64,000 nt of DNA from Trypanosoma brucei. Lineage: Eukaryota. The stretch is from assembly GCA_000002445.1 (NCBI GenBank), contig AE017150.2, forward strand, positions 960,001 to 1,024,000, given 5' to 3'. Under the pieces are notes generated by a model that did no database searches, was not told the DNA's origin, and saw nothing but the letters and a program-made list of their open reading frames with translations. Shown here in pieces: positions 1-8,687 of this stretch (its first letter is position 1; every line of letters starts with the position of its first letter). A program made the position numbers and the translations under genes.

Positions 1-279
1 GCTCGCGTACGTGGTGAAGGAGGTATCGAAGGTTTTGTATGCATATCGCACTCCAAATCCCTGCGGCGAAAGATAATTCACAGGTTAGCCAAAATACAGC
101 GAGACGGCCATCGTTATCATAGAGGATTTGTTTCTTGCGACACGCTTCCCTTCTGGTTTGAGGATGATTGTGTCGAGGGTCCTGAATTTCCAGATCCATT
201 GCGTGTGTTTGTTAAAATGATCAAACCTCTACCCATAGTAGAGTGGGCGAAAAAGAAAGCAAGATAAATGTGGAAGCAT
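1..279 (+). CDS. Partial CDS, 3' end of a gene that begins upstream of the window (frame 1 is open from base 1 to the TAA at 277-279)
   Basis: 93 stop-free codons from the window edge. No recognisable domain. Orientation matches the next plus-strand ORF. Confidence 0.25.
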
Positions 280-370
280 CTTGGGACAAGTTAAAGAGAA
301 GTTTCTGAAATTTGGTAAAGCAAAGGAGCTTCCAGAAGCACGAGGAGCGATAATAAATTCCACGGAATCT

Positions 371-865
371 ATGCAACTTTACAGACCGCGACCTCGTTTT
401 CCTGTGTTCAATGCCCTTGCTGTTGTGGATGGTAAAATGCCCACGGATGGCAAAGGGAGGAACAAAAAGAGGACAATGGTGATGTTTCAATGCACAGTTG
501 CCGGCCGTCATGATATCACAACACAAGCTGTCGTGAGAATGCTGAAAGGACTTGCTCCTCCAACGAGTCGCGAGAATGAAGCGGCACTTTGGAGAGGTGT
601 GATAAATAAGTTTGACTGGGAAATGATTTATGTGCAACAAGCTGGCGCCGAGCCAATTAGAGACAAACAGCGGTGCCAATACAAAGGCGGTTCGGATAGG
701 GATTCCGACTACAGTTTTGCCAAGAAGTTTTGGGATGAAAATGTTAAACAATATATTGTGAAGTTTGATGCCAGTGTTGTCGCCGCACTGGACTTGGCGC
801 TTATGCAGAAAGAAGCATGTTGCTCCGATAACAGCGAAAGAGAAGAAAATGATGCAGATGAATAA
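371..865 (+). CDS. Hypothetical protein of about 164 aa, trimmed to the first in-frame ATG at 371 (ORF-track entry 281..865 starts at TTG)
   Basis: Non-repetitive, charged C-terminus. Plus-strand orientation consistent with a cluster ending at the convergent strand-switch region. The overlapping 310-aa minus-strand ORF is low-complexity. Confidence 0.35.
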   Translation: MQLYRPRPRFPVFNALAVVDGKMPTDGKGRNKKRTMVMFQCTVAGRHDITTQAVVRMLKGLAPPTSRENEAALWRGVINKFDWEMIYVQQAGAEPIRDKQRCQYKGGSDRDSDYSFAKKFWDENVKQYIVKFDASVVAALDLALMQKEACCSDNSEREENDADE

Positions 866-2669
866 AGGAGTAGGTGTAGTTGTGCAACACTTACAGCAGG
901 AGTAGGAAGAGGAAGAGGTGAAGGGAGCAAAGGATTTTGCTTCAAAATCTGAAATGGCGGTTTGTGTCCTTCTTCTTCGGTCCGGATGCGTGTGCCCACG
1001 ACCGGATGCCATCTCGAAGCGGGTTACGTCCCTTCGAGGGCGCCCTTCAGCACCTTTTCGGATTTCATTGAAACAAACGCTAGAGAAGGAATGGGGAAGC
1101 CGAGGATTAGCAGCGCCCCCCCCCCCCCGTGGGCAAGCGGCAAGGAGCCCCAAACCTTAACTTTCTCAAACTCCCCAGGCGGAGGCACTTTGAATAAGAG
1201 CCCGCTGCTTTAAGGGTTGCGGTGGGTGGGTCGTTTCATCGCGGCTTCGCGCAAATTTACCCGTACGAGTTGAAAGCGAACGTGCATTCATTCACTTTAA
1301 GCCGAGGTGCGCCAGTTTGCGTAATGTAACGCGGTGTAAGGATTCCCAATGGGCAAGGAAGGTATAATTGTGGCGTGTGGGGGATATGTGCGCATTGAAA
1401 CCGTCCTTACCCGTTCCCAGCACCTGTTGCCTAACACATTTAGGGGGCCGCCGCTGGTTTGCCTTGTTTTCCCACTTTAAGCCATATCATGGCCACAACA
1501 TCCCTTCTTGACGCTTTAAACTGGCAGGCGTGTTGCTTCAGTACCGTCACCGATCAACTAGCGGGTTGCATGGGGATCCGGCAAGCACCGAAAGCAACTG
1601 CGCGCTCGCGCCCACGAGGAATCGGGCTCGGAGAGTTCCCATTGTCACCAGATGCCGGCGGTATTGCGTGCGGTCACTGTGGCCGACCACCGCCACACCC
1701 ATGTCATGAAGAAGATTCTGGTTTTTTCCTTCCCATTAGCGAGGTACCGACGGAACCCCTTCTTGAAATAGTCCCACCACTTTGGTTGAGGACAAGTTGT
1801 TAGCTTTCGGCAAAGCACGTTAAGGTCCCGTGCATTCCTTTTTCACACCCCGTGAGTGAAGGGAGTGTTGCGGGGAACCGGTAGACCGCACCTCCAGTGC
1901 ACGGTGGGCGGGGCGCCGTTGGACGCAAAAAATTGGTTCTCTGGTTCTCCCCCTCCCCCTTCCGAGACGTCTGCGTTGAGAAGGCGTTGAACAATCCTCA
2001 GAATCGCGTCCCAGAAACCATTTTCGGCTCTCTGAGGATCCGGTGCGTTGAGTACGGTTCCGGAACGCCCGGAAGGCGTCGTTCATCTCCTCGCTGCCCT
2101 ATCGTCGCACACGGGCTCGACTGCCACTCCCTCGTGTCCATTATGCTCCTGCTACCCTTGTAATCTGTCGGTCTACATCACAGGTAAAACAATCGCGGAG
2201 ACGATAGTTGCTTCCCATCGCAAGTCACAACAACGCGCCGCTGTCCGAGCGCTGGGTATGAGTGGGCGTTTGCACCACTGCGTCCGAAGCCCTAGAGGAC
2301 ATGGTAGTAAGACCACTCGGGCAACAGGGCGGGGAGTTACGGCCCACATACACACACACATCCCACAACAACCCCCTGGGTGCTCGAGTGCACGTTAGCT
2401 TCCAAGTGGCCGGGCAGGGACTAGCACAAGGTGTAGCCGACTCCTCCCAAGGTTTTAAAAAAAAAAATAGCGACCCCGAATCTTCAGCGCATTCTTCACT
2501 CCTCACAACACCGGGGAGTCCTGAGGGGTCAAAAACTAGCTTCAGGTACGCAGTAAGGAAGAAACAACGGAGGAAAATAGAGTTACGATGTTTCCACGAT
2601 ACCAAGCACGGTATCGTCCAGCATGGTTGAAAGCGGCAGCCGAAGAAAAAAACGCAGCGACCCACGATG
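866..2669. other. Convergent strand-switch region (putative transcription termination zone) between the plus-strand ORFs and the minus-strand ABC gene
   Basis: Gene orientation flips here: the plus ORF ends at 865 and the minus-strand ABC CDS ends at 2670. No long ORF with coding character. A 13-nt poly-C run at 1116-1128. No tRNA-like cloverleaf found by eye. Confidence 0.5.
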
Positions 2670-5600
2670 TTAAGCGTCAACAGAAGAGACCTTCAGCAAG
2701 CCGTCGGCGTATATGGCACTTTTGACATTGCCCTGTGTTCGCCCTTCCGGCCGCGCTGCGGAGCGCACGATCTGTAGGTCCTGTCCCCCAGCCGCTGAGC
2801 GGAGGAATGAATTCGAACGCAACTTACGTTCATCGGCTGGGCCCTGATACTCGAGCTGGCCGCCATCGAGGATCACCACGTGGGTTGCATATCGGATGGT
2901 TGAGAGGCGGTGGGACACCAGCAAAACGGTGACCTCAGGTTGTTGGATTGTGGTGAGGTTGCCGATGGCCTCCTCGACGTACGCGGCGGTGTGCCCATCC
3001 AAGTGTGACGTGGGTTCATCGAGAAGGCAGACGCCGAGACCGTGCCGCCCCACCAAAATAGCCCGTGCAAGTGCGAGGCGTTGTTTTTCGCCTGTGCTTA
3101 GCTCCTTCGACTTGTCGTCATAGCCAAGCGGCCGTGACTCGATAAACTCTTTGCATCGGCAAAGGGTGGCTGCTGCAACACATTCGTCTCTAGACACTCG
3201 CGGTGTGAAAAGGGAAATATTTTGAAGGAAACTTAGACCCTTGAAGGTGAAGGGAGTTTGCTCGAGCATGCCAACTGCTTGCCGCAGGAATGTGGTGGAG
3301 AAGCAGGTCAGGGGAATATCATCGATCGTCACGACGTTCTCGCAATTTCCTTCGTTAGCCTGTGGGAGTTGAGTGTCCAGGCAACGCTGCAGTACGGTTA
3401 TGAGGCCCTCACTTTCCTCCCACACGTGTCCTTCTTTCAGGGATACAACAGCCACTGGGTCGTACGTGCGCTTCAGCAGGCTCAGCAATGTACTCTTCCC
3501 TGACCCGGTTCTCCCGAGTATGGCTGTAATTTGAGTGGCGGGAAAATGAACCGTCACATTTGCTAAACTTGGCTGCAACGACCCGTCAGTTGCGCAGTGG
3601 TGCAATTCAGGATAGACAAACCACACCCCACGGAAATCAATACCTTTGCGGAGGTGAAAACCCTCGCTGATGCGCCCAGCATCATCAAATTGTATGCCCT
3701 CAACATGTTTTATTTTATTCCGCCAGAGCCCTCTTCGCGCCTTGAACACCGCTGAATAGTTATGGGGAGAGGCATCGTGTACGAATGTGGGCATGTAACG
3801 GGCCACCTGCTGTGTGAGTCGGAAGGGATGGTCGAGCTCGACACGTTCGTTTCCTCTCATTAGCGCGCGGTAGGCGCTCACTCGGTCCAGCAGCGAAGCA
3901 GCAGACCATTCTGCAGCAATGGTGGCGCCGCCGTCGCAGGCCCAACGGGTCGTAAACCATGTGGGCCAGACGCCCCAAATGGAGGTCAGATTTGAACGAT
4001 AACTTAGTAAGGAATAAAACAACAGAGTTTCAATAAACTCCGTCAAATGTAGAAGCAGCTGTCTGAACACGTTATGAAACGGTCTGGAGATTGGGTCTGA
4101 AAGGTCCATCGTAATAGTAAATGATTCAGCTCGCCGGACCGAAAGCGCCGCTCTTTGTGCGAAGACGGTGTCAAGGCCCAACTGACGAAGAATGAATCGC
4201 GGAGGCCTACTGAATACGTCGTCAAAGCCAAGCGTTGAAGGGATGCGGTTCATCGCCTGTGGACGTGCTAGCAGCGCCGCTTCTTCTGCATCTAGAGCCG
4301 CCTTGGCCCCTCCGTTCACGGCGTGTAGTTTTTCTGAACTATTGGCAGGAACAGTTTGGACTGTGTTCCTTTCCAACGCATGCTGAACCCTTTCCTTCAG
4401 CACAAATTCCCTGACACATGCGGCATTTTCCCTGAGGCCCCGTGCAATGGATAAAGCACCGTCGTTCGGTGAGCAGATAAACGAAGTGCAGGATAATGTA
4501 CAGGCCCTTTCACCGCTGACGACGGTGTCGAATAGTTTTTGTAGACGTCGAAGATATGCGACTTCGTCTGTTTGGGCCTTCTTATGGGTGGGGAGTGGGC
4601 CAACCGGCCAGTCAACGTGAAAAGTCCCCCCACAAGCAATCAGTGAGAGAAAATATCGAGAGTGACTTGCTCTGCTTCCATTTTGGACCGGAGCGTCCCC
4701 TTCCACTGGCGCATTCGTTCCTGTGGTGCCATCATTTTCCTCGGCCAATACCTCCAGCAGAAGTTGAAGTCCGTATCGGGGTTCCGCTGGCAAGGGCTCT
4801 TCCCCCATGCGTGCAATTTCGTGTTCGACACTCTTATCGAGCAGTAACCCGCACCAACGACCGATGGCCCGTGATATCTCGTAGCAGTTGAGCAAAGACG
4901 CTGCTGCAGCGAACGCGGCAACGTCCACTTCTTGTCGAAGCATTGCAGTGACCACTCCGATGATGAGCGATATGTACTTTTTTTGTTCGCAGTCAAAGTA
5001 ACCAAGCATCCGTGCTGCCGTGCTCTCCGCGTACTCGAACGAGCGAGCCAGAGGATTGCCCCCGCTTCTGCCCACACCTTCCGACGAGCACCGCCGCAAA
5101 AACGCCTCATCAGCAACAGCTATCTTGACATTCACTTCATGCAACACCTCGTCACGCAACATCACAAGTATTTTCCACCTGAAAACATCGTCAAAAGACC
5201 GAACGGCAGCCCCCACAGCGGCGGAAAGAGAAGCCCAAAGGACGCTTCGCGCGAAATCCATGAGTACGGCCCCACGGCCTTCTAGACACCCGGAAGATGA
5301 GAGCACGTAAGGTAGCATCCACCCTGCAAACACATTATACCGCGGCGCCCACAGGTTGATTGCAATGCGCACTGCGTGGCTGAGCGTTCGAAACCGCAGA
5401 AGCAACGTCAGCTTGCGTGTCAAATTTGCATCACGTAGCAATACATCGCGGCCCATGACCCCCTCCACCTTTTCAGAACTCTGTACACTAAAGATTCCAT
5501 CCATACCCTCCTCCATATCAGGTCCGTCACCTGAAACCAATTCCACACCTTCATACAACTTTTCCCGACAAAAGCGTTGCCGCGCCATCCTTCCCCTTTC

Positions 5601-6515
5601 CAACTGGCTCTTAGCTAGCGGTGCGGCAAATGTATTGAATAAACGGTCAATCTCTCTCCAGAGCCGCTTCCAGGACGGTGGGTACCTCCGCCGTATTGTG
5701 GCGTGGGCTACCCTTCGTGCCTGTCGCGTTCGAAGGCCGTCGACCAAAAACTTAAAGCTTAGTTGACCCATGATGAGTGGTAGAACGTCTGCGAGATCCT
5801 TCACCCATGTCTCCTCCGCACCACTGGTGAGGACGGCTTCAACAGGAAAGTAGCTTAAGGGAAGGCAAAGAAACTGCCCCACACCTGGGCTGGGGAGAGG
5901 TACAACCCAGAAGGGACGATGGCCCACGAGCCAAGGAGGGATGCGGGGCCTACGGATTTGTGCCTTCCCATTCTTTGTGTCACTTCCGTGCACGGCGCTG
6001 CGCCAGGCCGCCGCGTAGTACCGCGCCTCAGCCATAGTAGCCAGTCGTCGAAAAGCGGTGTACTTTATGATGTACCCCAACCGCTCCAATAACACCATGT
6101 CTTCCGGCAACGCCGCACAGAGCCGACGGCCAACATTCCACAGCTGTAACCACCGACTCAGGTCCACGCCCGGTGCATACGCCATGGATCGCATTGGCCC
6201 GTGGAAGGGTAACGCGTCCTGGACCTCCCCCCTTTCCTTTGCACCATGGTTGCTGAACAGAGAATCCTCTCCAATGTTCCCTTCTGGAGACCGCACAGCC
6301 AGCCAATGTTCCACCTCGCGTAAACAGAACTCTTCCCAGTCGTCCACAACTTGCTTGACAAACCTTACCAACACAACGCGGGAACGGAGCCGCATACGAC
6401 CTCGGTAACCACTTGCTAGCCACCAGACCGTCAAACCAAGCCCGAAAGAGAGCACCACGCTCGTAACCAAGACGCCCGCGTGGTAAGAGGAGGCCGCTGA
6501 TGCGTAAGCTACCAT
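2670..6515 (-). CDS. ABC transporter family protein, 1281 aa from the first ATG (complement of 6513-6515). It has an N-terminal hydrophobic/TM region and one C-terminal nucleotide-binding domain.
   Basis: Walker A ILGRTGSGKSTLLSLL, ABC signature LSTGEKQRLALARAIL, Walker B LLDEPTSHLD and a downstream H-loop-like SHRLST, all in the C-terminal 250 aa. N-terminus MVAYASAASSYHAGVLVTSVVLSFGLGLTVWWL is hydrophobic. The ORF-track start at 6590 is GTG. Confidence 0.85.
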   Translation of the reverse strand: MVAYASAASSYHAGVLVTSVVLSFGLGLTVWWLASGYRGRMRLRSRVVLVRFVKQVVDDWEEFCLREVEHWLAVRSPEGNIGEDSLFSNHGAKERGEVQDALPFHGPMRSMAYAPGVDLSRWLQLWNVGRRLCAALPEDMVLLERLGYIIKYTAFRRLATMAEARYYAAAWRSAVHGSDTKNGKAQIRRPRIPPWLVGHRPFWVVPLPSPGVGQFLCLPLSYFPVEAVLTSGAEETWVKDLADVLPLIMGQLSFKFLVDGLRTRQARRVAHATIRRRYPPSWKRLWREIDRLFNTFAAPLAKSQLERGRMARQRFCREKLYEGVELVSGDGPDMEEGMDGIFSVQSSEKVEGVMGRDVLLRDANLTRKLTLLLRFRTLSHAVRIAINLWAPRYNVFAGWMLPYVLSSSGCLEGRGAVLMDFARSVLWASLSAAVGAAVRSFDDVFRWKILVMLRDEVLHEVNVKIAVADEAFLRRCSSEGVGRSGGNPLARSFEYAESTAARMLGYFDCEQKKYISLIIGVVTAMLRQEVDVAAFAAAASLLNCYEISRAIGRWCGLLLDKSVEHEIARMGEEPLPAEPRYGLQLLLEVLAEENDGTTGTNAPVEGDAPVQNGSRASHSRYFLSLIACGGTFHVDWPVGPLPTHKKAQTDEVAYLRRLQKLFDTVVSGERACTLSCTSFICSPNDGALSIARGLRENAACVREFVLKERVQHALERNTVQTVPANSSEKLHAVNGGAKAALDAEEAALLARPQAMNRIPSTLGFDDVFSRPPRFILRQLGLDTVFAQRAALSVRRAESFTITMDLSDPISRPFHNVFRQLLLHLTEFIETLLFYSLLSYRSNLTSIWGVWPTWFTTRWACDGGATIAAEWSAASLLDRVSAYRALMRGNERVELDHPFRLTQQVARYMPTFVHDASPHNYSAVFKARRGLWRNKIKHVEGIQFDDAGRISEGFHLRKGIDFRGVWFVYPELHHCATDGSLQPSLANVTVHFPATQITAILGRTGSGKSTLLSLLKRTYDPVAVVSLKEGHVWEESEGLITVLQRCLDTQLPQANEGNCENVVTIDDIPLTCFSTTFLRQAVGMLEQTPFTFKGLSFLQNISLFTPRVSRDECVAAATLCRCKEFIESRPLGYDDKSKELSTGEKQRLALARAILVGRHGLGVCLLDEPTSHLDGHTAAYVEEAIGNLTTIQQPEVTVLLVSHRLSTIRYATHVVILDGGQLEYQGPADERKLRSNSFLRSAAGGQDLQIVRSAARPEGRTQGNVKSAIYADGLLKVSSVDA

Positions 6516-8194
6516 AATGGAGCCCTTTTCTTTGCGAGGGGAAACTGGACAGCGCGAACCTTGCCCCTTAACCCACCCTGCCTTTGTCACCAGTTATTGG
6601 TCGCGGTTACGAGGTAATAACACTCATAGGGAGGGAGTGAAAAACATAAACGAAAAGGTCTGATTTCTACCCAAGTGGGCAGCGCGTCCGTAGGGGAGAT
6701 ATATATCACATCAAGGGGAAGATTGAATGTACCCTTATTTCATCGAGGTGCTGCACTGCGGAACCCCTGCCCACTTACATACCCACACAAAAATATGTAC
6801 GCCCGGCGACTACCAGACAAGTAAACCACCGAACAAAAACGAAAATGTGTAACAGAGTTGTTGGTGTTGTTGTTTTAAGAAAAAAAACCAAAACTAAGCC
6901 ACCGATACGAGAAAAGGGGTAGAGAGATCCGTTCGAGTATCCACGCCTTCCCACTCCTACCCCAGCAAATTCCCTTTTACGTTCCTGCCCTCATGGCAGG
7001 GAAGCACACCGTTTGTCACGCGTGCCGAGCGTCCCATTTTGGTCCCGCTGTGGGACATCAACCCATACACATAGCCGGCGTCCAGACACCTCGACTTTCA
7101 TCACCTTAGGAGTGAAGATGCGGGTGATTCACCGGGATAATTTTTTTGGCATGTACTAAGTTAACAGCAATTAGTCTTTCAAACAAAAAAAAATAGGGTT
7201 AGACAAACAACGCATTGAGACGAGGAGCGGAGTGGTGGGTGAGGTGAGAAAAAGAATGATGTCGCGGGTGCATCGTTGCAAGCAAAAGTCACAGCGCAGC
7301 ACTCACCTGAAGGTAGCGGCGAGAGTGTCGGTGTATTTAACGGCAGGTGACGTACGTTCGAAAGCGCATAATATAAAAGTAACCCTCTTCCCCACCCCCG
7401 CAGCGAACCTGGGAATAAGAACGGATAAGACGAAACAAGTAAGGAAACAAGGTGAGGAAAAAATAGCAAAAAAAAAAGGAAATTTCTTACTACAACTGTA
7501 AAGGAAAGAAGGTACACGAAAAACAAACGGAAAAAATGGCACATATACAAACAAAAGAACTCCACATCTGTTAGCGTTTGGAGATGATGATAGTTTGCTC
7601 AAAAGCGTTGACCACTGCTCAGAGCACTATGGACCATTAGCGGTAAATACACACAATTCCCCACTTCCCTTTCTCACTAGCGAATAAAACAAACGAAGGC
7701 AAACACAAGCCTAGCACTCAGGGAAATTGAGGAAAGGGATAGAAAAAAAAGAGAGAGGAAATAACGCGTCGAAATTACAATTGCGCTAACCAGCAAGGCG
7801 AATACCCATTGATGTTACCCTCGTCCCATGATCTTGGATGCTTTTGCTTGAGTAGACACATCACTTGCGCCGTCTCTTCACAGATTTCAGGTGGTGAGCT
7901 CCATTCCTCCCTCGCCCCCACCTCCTCGTTTTTATGCTGCCAGCTCGTGCAAGCAACCGTTTACAAACTTCAGGTATCCTCCCGTTTCCTCCGCTTACCA
8001 CGCATGTTTCTTTTCTCTCTCAACTATCCCCCGCGAGTCGTCAGGAATGTACACGAACTTATGAGGCCGGTTTACGGCAGTCGTCGTTATACAGTCCTTC
8101 CCCCCCCCCCTATGGTTGGCCATGTGGGAGTTTGTTTGTTTGTTTTTGCTTCTTTTCTCCAACCCCTGGAACAATGAGACCTCAATAGACACAA

Positions 8195-8211
8195 ACACAC
8201 ACACACACACA
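8195..8211. repeat. (AC)8 microsatellite in the intergenic region between the ABC gene and paralog 1. Poly-C runs are also at 8099-8110 and 18617-18628 (mirrored).
   Basis: Direct reading. Confidence 0.7.
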
Positions 8212-8687
8212 AGCAGACGCATAATAACAAATACGAGTGTAAACTACGGAAAAGAAGGCAACAACATTATAATCATCATTTATTCCCCTCTTTTTTTAAG
8301 AAAAAATATTTTAGTGGGATGTGTTAGAAGTGTGTAGCGTTAGCTCAACAGTAGCAATAACTGATCAGTGTACCACCGCAAAAAAGGACTTCGGCCCCCT
8401 CTACCTTCTTTCGCGTGCTCCTCTCGGGCAGACATGCGTGCCGAAAGCTCAGGGGGGGTTTGGAAAGCGGCGGCAGGGTTATAGGGAAGGGAAAGGAAAA
8501 AAACAAAAAAAAAGGGAACAATGATGGCGGCCACGAGCGCGTCCCACCACCGGAGTGAGGAACAAGAGGTACAAAGCGTTGGAACGACAGGGGCTACCTG
8601 TGTTTACGCCGAATTATAAAACTATGAGCCAGCGTTAAAGACCCGGTCTCCTCCTTGGGTCAGGTGAATACACCGCCGTCATGCTGG

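Noticed and set aside
221-1153. 310-aa minus-strand ORF overlapping the plus-strand ORFs at the window start
   Set aside because: Its translation is low-complexity (CCKCCTTTPTPLFICIIFFSF, poly-Gly/Pro stretches). It reads antisense to a more protein-like plus-strand ORF and would sit in the wrong orientation relative to the convergent switch. Treated as non-coding.
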